A stretch of DNA of 62,342 nucleotides, filler included, from Globobulimina sp. (GCA_003354225.1; 35 parts of 35 records of this genome joined end to end with filler, not necessarily neighbours in it), one strand, 5' to 3'; shown: positions 8,588-20,742, counted from the first letter of the whole stretch. Notes: generated from the sequence alone by a model not told the origin. Numbers and translations are program-made.

Positions 8588-8677
8588 GGCTCCAACCCAC
8601 CGATGAAATTCTTGAGAAACCTAGGCTCCAACTAATTAGGAAACCTAGGCTCCAACCCACCGATGAAATTCTTGAGA
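8588..8677 (+). repeat. Nested direct repeat: 30-bp unit twice (period 60) interleaved with a 17-bp unit twice
   Basis: GGCTCCAACCCACCGATGAAATTCTTGAGA at 8588 and 8648; GAAACCTAGGCTCCAAC at 8616 and 8640. Confidence 0.85.
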
Positions 8678-9939
8678 CAGCTCTACAGTTTATCCTTGCT
8701 GTTATTCGTTATCATTGGCATTCCACAGTTACTCGTAAGACATGCACAGCGCTGTCGATCCATCAATAAAACACATATACAGTGGTGTATCGGATAAGAT
8801 GCAGACGCTATGACCACTTTTTCAATNNNNNNNNNNNNNNNNNNNNNNNNNNNNNNNNNNNNNNNNNNNNTTAATTAATTAANNNNNNNNNNNNNNNNNN
8901 NNNNNNNNNNNNNNNNNNNNNNNNNNTAATGTCGGGCATTTAATGTAACCATAAAAACAGTGTTGCGGAAAAGTTTTTAGACTGCCGCAAATCTGTTTCA
9001 CAACTACAAAAGCTCCACACTTCTGTTCCGCAAAAAAGGTGCCCTAATCAGGTTGTTTTCTCCCACCAAGTGTGATAAATCTGCATATGCACTGGGAGAT
9101 GATTGGCAGTCTTGTCGGGGATGTGGATGGTGGATCCAATACAAACCCACCATCCCTGTGGATTGTGGCGCACCTCAATACATCCTCGGCAAAATGCTGG
9201 CACTTTAGGTCAAAGCGAGGGGGTAAAATCTTGAACCTCAGCGAATACAAACCACCTTGATAGGATCCGACCCCTTGTACTTACAACTTGCATATTCCTA
9301 CTTGCTTTTACTTCGGATTTGAATGCGTTGAGTCTAATCCAAGGGCATGTAATTGAATTTATCTTATTTCATATGTAAAACCATTCATTCTGGCCATTAT
9401 TAATTGTTTTATGCTACATTCTGATTGATTTTAATACATATCGGTGATTTATTCATTCATTCAAAGCAAAATTTTGCTTTATTAATCCACCCTCTTCTTG
9501 TCCATCCAGCTTTGATACATCTCATTTATCAAATTTTAGGTACTTTATCACTTTTTACTTGTTTGAGATTGCCAATTAATGACTAATTGCCCATTTCCAT
9601 CGCCTTTTGCAGGAATTCCAGTGGAAAATTGATATATTTTTATATTAATAGATGGGGAATCCACTGCAAATCCTGTCCCTCCGTTAAATTAGTTTTGTTT
9701 TTGATTACGCAAAATGCGTAATCAAGGTAGATACTCTACCAGTGTGCTACCCTCATTTCCATATACATTACATCCAGCGGAAATATAATCATTTTGAGCA
9801 ATGTTTTATAGTCAGTAACATCAAAATCCATTCCTAATATTCGAAATATTTTATTATCCTCCTTTATTTTACCATCTACTTTGAATTGATGCTGCCGAAA
9901 TGATTTCCATGTACCATTATCCTTTTACTCCACTTTATA

Positions 9940-10611
9940 GCATCTTTCACGTAATCTAGCAATAATGCCCGCCGCTGAGCATCTAGTTCAGCCACAACTT
10001 CATCAAGTAATAAGATGGGAACCTCGCCGGTTTGCCGTGTCATCCAATTAATTTCAGCCATTTTCAAAGCCAGAATGGCCGTGCGCTGCTGGCCACGAGA
10101 CCCATAACTGCTCAGAGAACGGCCGTTTAGCAAAAACTGCCAATCATCTCGGTGTGGCCCCACACTCGTCGCACCACGCGCCAAATCTGCACTCAACGAC
10201 TGTTCAAGCAACTCAGCAAACCGTTCAGCCACAGCCGATTCATCCTGAAAATGAGATTGCCACCATGCAATCCATTCTTTAACGTCCGCATCATCCCCAT
10301 TGTTCCCCGATTTATTGCGCCACAAACCAGGCAAATAATTAAAGCGTACCGTTTCAGTACCTTCCGTCAGCGCCCCATAATGAATCTGATGCACCTCTCG
10401 CGCCAACTCATCCACAAACTTTGCCCGCCGAGTCAGAACCTGGCTGCCCAACTGAACCAACTTATCCGTATAAATCGGGATCATCTCGCGGGAACTCAAT
10501 CCCTCAGCCACTTGGCGTAAAAGAGCATTCCGCTGCTCCAACACCTTATTGTAATTAGAGAGTGTACGGCAGTAAAGACCATCAATCTGGCATAATGTAA
10601 TATCCAAATAA
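9940..10611 (-). CDS. recF: Bacterial DNA replication/repair protein RecF, internal to C-terminal fragment
   Basis: YNKVLEQRNALL, TSVGPHRDD, YGSRGQQRTAILALKMAE and PILLLDEVVAELDAQRR. Similarity stops after LLDYVKDA. Confidence 0.93.
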
Positions 10612-10711
10612 NNNNNNNNNNNNNNNNNNNNNNNNNNNNNNNNNNNNNNNNNNNNTTAATTAATTAANNNNNNNNNNNNNNNNNNNNNNNNNNNNNNNNN
10701 NNNNNNNNNNN

Positions 10712-12396
10712 ATTAGTAAATTGTTGAATCGGAACATTAATGTTTATTGTGATGACTCCCAAGACTCAACTAAATATAAACATTATGGAGGCTATCGTTT
10801 ATCAAATAATAATGATCCTCCAATCATGTTATATTGGGACTCAATTAATGTTCATTACAAATATTTAATTGATAAATCTGTTGAGTTAGGCCTCCCCAAT
10901 AATACTGCTACATATGAAATGGACTGTGATGGTGATGGACATGAGAATGTCTGTTTAAGTGATGCAGAATTGGAATATGAGAGCGAAGAGAATCAAGAGA
11001 TGTTGTCTGAAATGAGTTGCTATACATTTGTGCAATATCATCCATTTTGGTTTCTATACAGCAATAAATTGCTACTAAATTGTCTGCATTTGTTTGATAT
11101 GAATATAGATAGTATGGATGAATTAGAAGATGTTAGTTTGGACAATATTTTATCATTTAAACGATTTAAAACACCAGAAAACCAGTTGCAATTCTTTTTG
11201 GAAAACACATTTGAATGGTTTAATGATATCATCACAAACAATGAATATATTCAGAAAGTGTCAATATTTTTTATTAAACAGAATTACGACCGTTTAAAAC
11301 AAGCATTGAGCAAAAGCAAAAATTCATATATTCAAACAGTGATTGACCATCCTAAAACAAATCATATTTTGAGCGCACAGATTTATATTTCATTACAGGT
11401 CAGTTTCACACAATATGAGGCATTATATTCTGAATATTATCAGTATTTTGGATTGGTTCGAACAAATATTACTCGAATTCGGAAATTGGATGTGTTATCT
11501 AGAATAAAATGTGTTATCAAAGATCAATTGTTTGCATATAAATATGATTTTTCTGATGCTGTTATGATAACTAAATATTTATTTGATATTCACCTCACAA
11601 ATCAGGAATTAATAGAAATTTGTTTGTCGTTCAGTGATGACATGTTTAATAATTGGTTGTATCACTGCATTCAAAATGAACGGCAACAAGCAGAACGAGT
11701 TATATTAAATGCACACAAAATCAGTTTATTTTACTGTCACTCTCCTGCAATACATTTTAAGTGGAGATTTGTTAAACAACATATTATGAATAAATATAAT
11801 ATATCTCCAAATAATATTGGAGTCAAAAATTCAGCTGAGTGGAAACTACAAATCAAACGACGTTTAATTACTTCAAATATTAGTCATATTGACTTTGATT
11901 ACCATAGCTTATTGCAATATATCGATTTATCCAAGTCGAATGGTATGAAAACTATATTTGTGCAGAGTTGGTACGCTAATGAAATACCGAAACATATGAG
12001 TGAAGGCTATTTGAAACATTTTTGAAAAGTGATTAAATTATGTATCAAACAGAAACAATGCAATTTTATTGAATATCAATTTTTGAATAGTGATAAGAAA
12101 ATAAAAACTGCATCGAATTTAATTAAATATATACGTGCATTGGACACCACAATTGACACTGCTCAAATTAGCGATGCGCAAATTATTAAAAGACATAATA
12201 TGTTAGTCAACTTATCTGATGGTGCATTGGAACAGGAAATATGTTTGAAGTTTGTGAAATGGTTCAATGATAAATTATTGCATTTATATAATAATTTGGA
12301 ATTGAATAATCGATTACTGAGCAGATATCGAAAAAGAATAGAGGATAATCCAGATAATGATTCATTGATTAAGATGGCAAATATTAATATCAAATT
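10712..12396 (+). CDS. Long intron-free hypothetical reading frame interrupted by one in-frame TGA (12023-12025)
   Basis: ORFs 10721..12025 and 12029.. are in the same frame and together span the whole contig. No recognisable domain. Confidence 0.55.
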
Positions 12397-13119
12397 NNNN
12401 NNNNNNNNNNNNNNNNNNNNNNNNNNNNNNNNNNNNNNNNTTAATTAATTAANNNNNNNNNNNNNNNNNNNNNNNNNNNNNNNNNNNNNNNNNNNNCCAT
12501 TGATTTGCAAACACAATATGGACAAATAGAAACAATATACTGTCATATGACAACGCTACACTGTCAGATAGAAACAATATAGGGTCAAATGGAAACAGTA
12601 TTTGTAGACTTGCGAGTATGTGCAGTATATTGTTTCAGTTGTACGTACAACCTTGTTTTAGATTTATTGCATGGCTCTGAAAATTCTTGCCATATATTAT
12701 TCCACCAAACACACATCCAAACGAACCAGATATCCCGCCGCCATACATTCCACTCAATAGGCCTCTCTGATAATGCTGCAAATTATTTTCTGTTCAAAAA
12801 GTTTTTCCATTTTTTTCAGCAAACTTATCAAACAGCCATTGCTTTCACGAAACATCAGCTAGGCAATATGAGGGAAGGATGGTGCAATGAATTGAAAGTT
12901 TTTTTGTCAAAATAATAGCAATGACTGTTCGGACTTTCTGTAATTTACACGACGTATATTGTTCGGAATGTATTATGCATATTGTGATCACACGACGATG
13001 CAGCTGCATTAATTAATGATAAGACGACGCAAAGTCGGTCTAATTTACTTCATGCAAAATAACCAATCAATTGATTTCGTACTAAATTAATACCGCAAGC
13101 AAACTAACAAATTTTCAAC

Positions 13120-14117
13120 ATGATGGATTTGCTTTTATTGCAGCTATTTTGTTTGAATATCATTAATTCGACATTTATTCCTTCACAAAATGTGAAAGCA
13201 GTTCCAGGCAAAACATTTTTTGTTCATTCTGCCCTCAAACTTGTACAAATTGCAGGAAAAGGAGAAGGTTTAATTGTTACAAAGAATGTATCATTCGGTG
13301 AAGGATTGATTGTCGAACATCCATGGATTGTGGGACTGCATAGCGATGCATTACATGATTTATATCCAGCAGCCATACAACAGGAACTTGATGAAATGCG
13401 TTGTATTGAACAAGGACAAAAAGGAATTACTGCTCAAAAAATATGGTCTAATCTGCCAAGTAAGTACTCTACACTCTACACTCTACATTACAAATAAATA
13501 ACTTTGCATTCATAAATGTTACAGTAAGCTATGGATTTTCTTCGGTGATACGAATTTTAAGACAGAAAGGCCTTTTTCCTGCAAATGTGAGTCAGAGTGA
13601 TGTAAACAATTTCCTTCGTTTTCAAACATGTGCAATCAATGGTAATCTTTATGGAGTTTCATCAAAAATCAATCATGGATATCCAACCAACATTGCAATC
13701 CACGCCAATCAAGAAAATGGCAAAATTGTTGTATTTGCAACTGACGACTTAGCAGCGGGTACCGAATTAAGATGGGATTATTTTAGTTTACTATCAAACG
13801 GTGAGTATATAAGTAAAGCAATGGAAGCGTATGGCATTGACGTTTGGAATAATGAACCATTTGTTGGTGAACATGGAAAATCTGCATTGGAATTATGGGA
13901 CAGAATTAAAGAGTTGAAAAAGGAAAAAACAGTGTATGCATTGATGGCTGTTCTTGCAACTGGTCACTTGGATTTATTGTACAGCAATGGATTTTGTTCA
14001 TATTTTATTGATGCCATGCGTGCAAAAAGAGAATACATTGACTTTGTTGACTTTCTAAGAAAATACCGTATAATTAACATTTCATATTTCATCATGCATC
14101 AAAAAAGCTTTTTTTAA
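13120..14117 (+). CDS. SET-domain lysine methyltransferase, 2 exons (intron 13460-13524)
   Basis: GKGEGLIVTKNVSFGEGLIVEHP (SET-N), SKINHG and FATDDLAAGTELRWDY (SET-C). Removing the 65-bp GTAAGT..ACAG intron joins the two ORFs in frame. Confidence 0.85.
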
Positions 14118-14783
14118 CATATATAAAATGTTATCTTTTAACGATATACGCTTTATTCAATTTGTTACTGTTTCAAATGGANNNNNNNNNNNNNNNNNNN
14201 NNNNNNNNNNNNNNNNNNNNNNNNNTTAATTAATTAANNNNNNNNNNNNNNNNNNNNNNNNNNNNNNNNNNNNNNNNNNNNAAATATATTGCTGTTGACA
14301 GCAATGGTGTTCGTGTGGGTACTGGCGGAGAGTGGACCCGGTTGAAAATTTATAGGATCAATGTGTGATATTGATTGAGCAAAAATAGGACCTGTTTTCT
14401 TTAGAATAGGACCTGTTTGAAACACTTTTCTTTTGAAATTGTATACATTATCCTTGCACTTGCATGTAAATCCCCATAGGATCTCAAATTGTTGTACCAG
14501 TTTTTTAGAAACACGTTGCCAAACTCGATATTACAAGTTGCCAAACCCGCGGTCTTTCCAAAAGGTTAACAGCCGAAAATGTTTCCTGTGTTGAGTGTAA
14601 GGACAAGCATTTAAAAAATAGTTAAAAAATGTTATAGCATTTAAAAATCTTAGCCCGCAATTGTTTCCACACCTTTATCTTCATTAACATTCCACCCCTC
14701 ATTAATAGCTAATACATATCATTTACCCATTATTTCTATCAATTAATTAATTAATTTATTTTAATTTTCGTCTTAATACTATA

Positions 14784-15683
14784 ATGAATGAGTTCGAGGA
14801 AGGCAAACAAGAACAAGAACAAGAGGAAGAACAAGAGGAAGAGAGAGAGGATCATGAACATGCGTATGATGACTTACTTATTTTAATGGATTGGGACGAC
14901 ACATTATTCCCCACTTCAATAATGAACTCTATTTTAGCCAGTCGCGATAGCAACGATTTAGCATTAGTTTGTGATGAATTTATTGACTTATTAGCACAGT
15001 TAGGCAAGATCACCTTGTCATTGTTAGGTGAATTGATACATAAATACGGCGCCCACTGCATCCATATTGTCACCAATAGCTTAGAGGGATGGATCGCGGA
15101 GTCACTGTCCTATGCAACATGCATTAATAAGATATACGGCGAGATTCAATCCTTATTGATCCAGCATCATATCACTATGATATCCGCTCAAACTGCCTAC
15201 AAACTTAAGACAAAATGCCACACTCTGCAACAACAAGAAAAGTCTACGCCAACGCTGTGGAAACAGTTATGTTTTGAAGATATTTTCAAGAGTCACCAAC
15301 GGGAATTTTCTCATATTTTGTCGATTGGCGATCAGTGGACAGACCATTATGCAGTTAAACAATGTATAGATTCATTGTATGATAACAAGAAAATGCCCGT
15401 TCATCATGCGATAAAATTAAAAATGAATCCCGATTTAAATGATATGTGCAATGAAATAGTTTATATTCAAACGTGCTTTTACCAAATATTTGATATTATT
15501 TCTTATAAAAAAAATCCATTTACAAACAATCCGCAAGCGATCACGCCGGTTATTATTGATTACCAACACGAAGAAAATAAATATCATCAACAGCAACAAT
15601 GTCTAAATGTAAATGTAAATCTCAATGTAAATGTAAATGTAAATGTTGTTACAAATCATTCACCAAAACAGTGCATGAAATAA
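14784..15683 (+). CDS. HAD-superfamily hydrolase (DWDDTL type)
   Basis: Motif I LMDWDDTLFPT, IVTNS..GWI, a conserved Lys (WKQ) and LSIGD. Acidic N-terminus; the NV repeat tail comes from (AAATGT)n. Confidence 0.8.
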   Translation: MNEFEEGKQEQEQEEEQEEEREDHEHAYDDLLILMDWDDTLFPTSIMNSILASRDSNDLALVCDEFIDLLAQLGKITLSLLGELIHKYGAHCIHIVTNSLEGWIAESLSYATCINKIYGEIQSLLIQHHITMISAQTAYKLKTKCHTLQQQEKSTPTLWKQLCFEDIFKSHQREFSHILSIGDQWTDHYAVKQCIDSLYDNKKMPVHHAIKLKMNPDLNDMCNEIVYIQTCFYQIFDIISYKKNPFTNNPQAITPVIIDYQHEENKYHQQQQCLNVNVNLNVNVNVNVVTNHSPKQCMK

Positions 15684-16830
15684 ATGTAAATTATTATGTA
15701 TATCTATATATTTTTCATTATCCATACATGTATTTTTATTTATTGTTTTTTAAATTGTTTTTTTCTCCATATTTTTGTACTTTTATTACAAAAACGTTAA
15801 GAATGTGTTTTATAGGATTTTTTAGAGTGTTTTGTATGATCAACGCTAACATAAAATGTTTGTATTGCAAATTATTATGTTAATGTGCTTCAAATTTGTT
15901 AATTGTCTTTTTTTTTTTTTTTTTGTGCTTTTTTTTTTTGTTTTTTTTTTTTTTATTTTCTTTGTTNNNNNNNNNNNNNNNNNNNNNNNNNNNNNNNNNN
16001 NNNNNNNNNNTTAATTAATTAANNNNNNNNNNNNNNNNNNNNNNNNNNNNNNNNNNNNNNNNNNNNAGTCTAATGCCATTCAATAAAGTCTTGTTCTGCC
16101 GGCATACCCCTCGCCATTAAAGCATCCCAATCAAAACTATGAGCTGCACTGCCTACACAACCAAAATTTATATCTCATTCCTTGAGCTGCAGTCTTGAAA
16201 TCTACACCAATATTGCATCTTTGCATCCAAAACCAACTACAATATTACTATAATCCTCGCATGTGATATCTTTACATTCGAGTTGCGACCTATGTGCAGA
16301 TAATACGATATAATTTAAATCTTGGTCAGTACATCTTGTTGCTGATGGATTTTTAGTTACGAGATAATCAAAGCACCATACATTTGAGCCATATGATGCT
16401 ATGTCCTGTCGTATTGAAGTATGCGTAACTTGGAAGATGTTATCGTCGCATTGTTGCTCTCTGCTGGTATCATATGATATATAAGAATGATATGAATACA
16501 ATAAGCAAATGGTTTTTCATATGTTTTTGCCAAAGTTGGGAGCTGTTTGGTGTATTAATACGCATTTGAAGACTTTGAAGCAAAGAGTCACTCTCACCAC
16601 ACTTAAAAACTTTTGTCCTGCAACTTGACGGATCGGAAACTTGTTTTGCTAGTTACAGATACACATACAGATTTTTCTTTTTTTTGATTATCATCACATT
16701 ATTTTTTGTATATTAAATTTAATAAGAAACAAAATTGCACATAAACAATAAAACAGATTAAAACACGGCACAAAATATGTTAATTATGTTATTTAATACT
16801 GTATATTGCAACATTGTACAGTTTGAACAT

Positions 16831-17751
16831 TTATAAATGTTGTTTTGCAGTGATTATCGGAAATGATTTGCTTATTTTGCTAGTTACAGATTCATTTAAT
16901 TTCATTTGTGTATTAATTTTGTTTTGTCTTTGCTTATCGTCGCATGATTTGATAATGGGATGGATTTTATTTTGAATACACTCATTATTTTTGTTTGTAT
17001 AATTATAAACAATAAATTTATGTCTTATGGCATCCTCAGACGTATATCTTGCGAATGGATTTAAATCCAACAAAGATGATAATAAATCAATCAAATACAT
17101 AAATTCTTTATTAATATTAATATTGACATTCGATTGTAAATTATTAATTAATTGTAATTTTCGCACATTTTTTAATTTGAGATATGATGATTCATTACTA
17201 ATTTGAAGGTCATTTACATACTGATCATAATGGAATGATTTATGTGGATTATAGACATATCGTGGAAATGTACATAGCTTCGCACCTATTTTATACACAA
17301 CATCTGCTGGATTCAGTTTGTTCGCTGTAAACAAACGCTTTCTTTTATTCAACTTATTCAAAGATGTTAATTCAAATAAAATGCAGCCAATACTCCACAT
17401 ATCAATTAATGGCGATATTTCTCCAGAATTTCCCAGTAAAACTTCAGGTGATCGATACCATAATGATTGGAGTTGGAATGATTTTAATTTTTTGCGTCTA
17501 TTAATATCTATGGCATTGCCAAAGTCTATGATTTTGATCTGGGGACTTTTTGATAAGATCTTGTCATTTGTTTCAACATTATAACAATCCGTATAATTAA
17601 TTAAGATATTATCTGGTTTTAAATCCGAATGTATACACTCACCAATTCCATGAAGGAAAGACATGGCAAACAATATTTGCACTGAAATACAACGAATTGT
17701 TGATAGAGATATGGCACAATTTGTATATTGGTGGAATCTCATATATTGTGA
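16831..17751 (-). CDS. CMGC protein kinase (DYRK/HIPK-like), C-lobe fragment
   Basis: IHSDLKPDNILI, IKIIDFG, LQSLWYRSPEVLLG and IDMWSIGCILFEL. Confidence 0.9.
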   Translation of the reverse strand, partial: SQYMRFHQYTNCAISLSTIRCISVQILFAMSFLHGIGECIHSDLKPDNILINYTDCYNVETNDKILSKSPQIKIIDFGNAIDINRRKKLKSFQLQSLWYRSPEVLLGNSGEISPLIDMWSIGCILFELTSLNKLNKRKRLFTANKLNPADVVYKIGAKLCTFPRYVYNPHKSFHYDQYVNDLQISNESSYLKLKNVRKLQLINNLQSNVNININKEFMYLIDLLSSLLDLNPFARYTSEDAIRHKFIVYNYTNKNNECIQNKIHPIIKSCDDKQRQNKINTQMKLNESVTSKISKSFPIITAKQHL

Positions 17752-17898
17752 NNNNNNNNNNNNNNNNNNNNNNNNNNNNNNNNNNNNNNNNNNNNTTAAT
17801 TAATTAANNNNNNNNNNNNNNNNNNNNNNNNNNNNNNNNNNNNNNNNNNNNTTCAAACAGTTTAATTTACAAAATTTTGAAAATAATACATTATAAAA

Positions 17899-18636
17899 TT
17901 AATTTTTATGTCCCGCTTCTACATTAATCACAGATAAATAACATAAATTTGGGTATATTTTAATTAATTTTGGTAATATACCCAATGCATTGTATAAACA
18001 ATCCAATTCTAAATATTTTATATTATTTAATGCATATTTTATATCATTTGGATAGTTCTCATAAATCAATGCATTTTTTTCATAAATCTCAATATTTTGA
18101 ATACATTTAACAATCCAGAAATTTTCCAATTTATTTTGTAAATAATTATCATTGCTTTCCGCACATTTTTTATCAATCTCAATTGCAATGCAATTATTAT
18201 ACCCTTTGGAATAACTTGCTTGCGAATGAATAAATTTTACTTTTACTTTAAATTTATCATTTTCATTTTTTAAATTTGGTAAAGTTATACCATTGATATC
18301 GATATCGATATCGGTACACGTTGTATTATATGAATATTTTAATGATAATCGTAAATCGTTCCAAATTATTTTGTTTTCTTCATCAAGCAATATTGTCTGA
18401 ATTGGTTTGCAAACAACTAAGCATTGTATTCTTTCCTTTGGTAATAAATATTTTAGAATTAAGATTATGCATTGTTCACATAAGTCAATCAGCTGCGGGT
18501 TATTATTATTATTATTATTATGCTTTATATCCATCATATTGTAATCATGATCATCAACACGTGGATCTATCATATCTTCATCATCTGATTCTGACGATCG
18601 CGAGAATTCAGTTTCATCTGATTCTGGATCTATCAT
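17899..18636 (-). CDS. F-box protein, probably followed by LRR-like repeats
   Basis: LIDLCEQCIILILKYLLPKERIQCLVVCK..W is F-box-like; IKYLEL and YPNLCYLSV are LRR-like. Confidence 0.7.
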   Translation of the reverse strand: MIDPESDETEFSRSSESDDEDMIDPRVDDHDYNMMDIKHNNNNNNNPQLIDLCEQCIILILKYLLPKERIQCLVVCKPIQTILLDEENKIIWNDLRLSLKYSYNTTCTDIDIDINGITLPNLKNENDKFKVKVKFIHSQASYSKGYNNCIAIEIDKKCAESNDNYLQNKLENFWIVKCIQNIEIYEKNALIYENYPNDIKYALNNIKYLELDCLYNALGILPKLIKIYPNLCYLSVINVEAGHKN

Positions 18637-18842
18637 TTGTCTACGTCATCATTTAATACCAATATCCCAGCATCGACCAACGATCTCTTCCGTGAGGGTT
18701 TTGTGCTCAGCTCCGACGACATGTTAGGTAGTAAAGGTTTTGGATGACTTGGAAAAAACTGTAATTTTATAATTGTGACAATATTTTATTTTTATTGGTC
18801 CAATATGATCAAGGAGAGTTTCGGTTGTATCTACTTAAATTA

Positions 18843-19536
18843 TTATTCGGATATTCTTCTAAATTGAATGTGACCTCTATCGGTAAATTCGTTATATGTT
18901 TTATTTCCGTTATATGTTTTCTTTTTTGCATCGAAATGAGTATTAATTATATTTGTGGCACGTTCTCTTTGTGTTTGTTGAATGCATCCTGGTTTTTCTA
19001 TCATTTGTTTCAAAATATTATTACCATCATACTCCTTAATCTTTTGAATGCAGAGATCAACCATTTCTTCATTCGACAATAAGAATTCCATCAAATCAAA
19101 AGCTTTTGACATCGATTCAGCAGTATGTACTCTTGAATCACTACAACTTTTTATAAAATGCAATAAAGCCTCAATCAGTTTATATTCAATTACTATTACA
19201 ATCAAATGACTTAATCGATTATTATTCGAATTCGAATTCGCATCATAGTTAAAATTATCCATAATCACATCAAATAATGGAAGAACCAGATCAATGGACA
19301 CATTAATTTCCTCATTATTAAATCTAGAAATCATTGTTTTCATTATTTGTGAGCTCCAAAGAGATTCAAAATTGCCATATGAGATATGATTGCATATCCA
19401 ATAAACTTCATACATTGAATAATCCATCTTTGTTTTAGCTAATATTCCATTTAAACATTCCCATATTTCGTATTTATCAATCAATGCATCCAAAGTCTCC
19501 AAGCTGCAAAATTGTGTTATCCGCTGTAATGTGGTC
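18843..19536 (-). CDS. ARM/HEAT-like helical repeat protein, C-terminal fragment
   Basis: EVYWICNHIS and the RERATNIINTHF ending resemble importin-alpha-like ARM proteins. Confidence 0.45.
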
Positions 19537-19923
19537 NNNNNNNNNNNNNNNNNNNNNNNNNNNNNNNNNNNNNNNNNNNNTTAATTAATTAANNNNNNNN
19601 NNNNNNNNNNNNNNNNNNNNNNNNNNNNNNNNNNNNTCGATAAGTTGTATACATTTAATTCAATTATCTGAGAAACGCTTTGCAAATCCAGAAACGTTTT
19701 TCTATAGGTTTTTTATAATTGAATTTTCGGTATACAAAAGGGGGGGGTTATCTTTTGGAATATATCGTTGAGGTAACATTTGCGCGTTCTTCAGTTAGAA
19801 AGAAGAGCTCTCGGAACAGTATTTAATTTGTAGGAAAAAATAAATTGAAAAAAATAAGCTTCATTATTTTAAACAAAACAATTTAAATATAATATTCTGA
19901 AAGAATAGGAATATGGTTTTCAT

Positions 19924-20676
19924 TCAATTTGCACAGTGAATACCCACATTTCCTGTAATTCCATCAGCAAATATCGGCAAATTTGGTGGGAAATGAGTAA
20001 AATATATGAATAATACACCATATAATATAAGAATAGCTACAGATATAAACTGTGAATAAATTGATGGTTTGCCATTCAATATAAATATAAGATATCCGAT
20101 AAATTGAGAGATAATAATCGATAAATAAAATATTATAACATCAATGATAAGAATATGTTTCATAAACAATGTGTACGAATAGAACAACGTCAAAGTAAAT
20201 ACAATGGAGACAGTCACATTTATAAATTTGGAGAGTATGAAATAATGTGTTTTTATCGGATTATTTATAAACGGAAATTCAATGAATGAATACCATATTA
20301 CAGGCCAATAATTCATATTTAAATGTTCAAATACTGATTCATTTGTGGTCATAAATGCAGCAATCGGTGGCCAACAATCAAACCATTCGAATGTAAAATG
20401 TAATAACGTTCCTATTATCATATTAAATAATATACCAATGATTGATGAGAGCAATAGTTTTTTTTTAGTTTTTTTTTGAGGCCTTTGATATTTCACTACT
20501 TCATCACGATTATTATAGTCTTGATTCATAACAAGAAGTTCATTTTGTTTAATTGTAAACGACTGTTTATACGCATGTGGAATATTATCATCTGGTATGT
20601 CATCCTCTGGCATAATGAGCGATAATGAAACCTCTTCTAAATCTGTATCGCTTGAATGAATTGAATCGGCTGCCAT
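19924..20676 (-). CDS. Multi-pass membrane protein resembling bacterial DUF6512, with a eukaryote-like acidic N-terminal extension
   Basis: GTLLHFTFEW, NESVFEHL and FIYFTHFPPNLPIFAD recalled as DUF6512 signatures; about 5 TM segments. Confidence 0.7.
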   Translation of the reverse strand: MAADSIHSSDTDLEEVSLSLIMPEDDIPDDNIPHAYKQSFTIKQNELLVMNQDYNNRDEVVKYQRPQKKTKKKLLLSSIIGILFNMIIGTLLHFTFEWFDCWPPIAAFMTTNESVFEHLNMNYWPVIWYSFIEFPFINNPIKTHYFILSKFINVTVSIVFTLTLFYSYTLFMKHILIIDVIIFYLSIIISQFIGYLIFILNGKPSIYSQFISVAILILYGVLFIYFTHFPPNLPIFADGITGNVGIHCAN

Positions 20677-20742
20677 TATTATTATTGTACAGTACAGTAC
20701 TGAGTGTAAATAAATATCTATAGCGCTAGCACTTTTAGCTTA

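Noticed and set aside
8588-8677. 30-bp repeat with 30-bp spacer as a mini CRISPR array
   Set aside because: Only two copies, the spacer is itself built from repeat sequence, the context is eukaryotic and there are no cas genes.
12023-12025. Alternative genetic code (TGA=Trp) for the window
   Set aside because: Trp is TGG in this ORF, and TGA acts as a normal stop in other genes (for example at 56832 and 59514).
14385-14418. AATAGGACCTGTTT direct repeat
   Set aside because: Two short copies with no further structure; insufficient evidence for a function.
14743-14754. TTAATTAATTAA without flanking Ns
   Set aside because: It lies within natural AT-rich (TTAA)n sequence upstream of the HAD gene and is not a contig join.
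15599-15883. CKCKC metallothionein-like ORF (also HCHCHC at 60417..60611)
   Set aside because: These are alternative-frame readings of (AAATGT)n and (CACTGT)n microsatellites.
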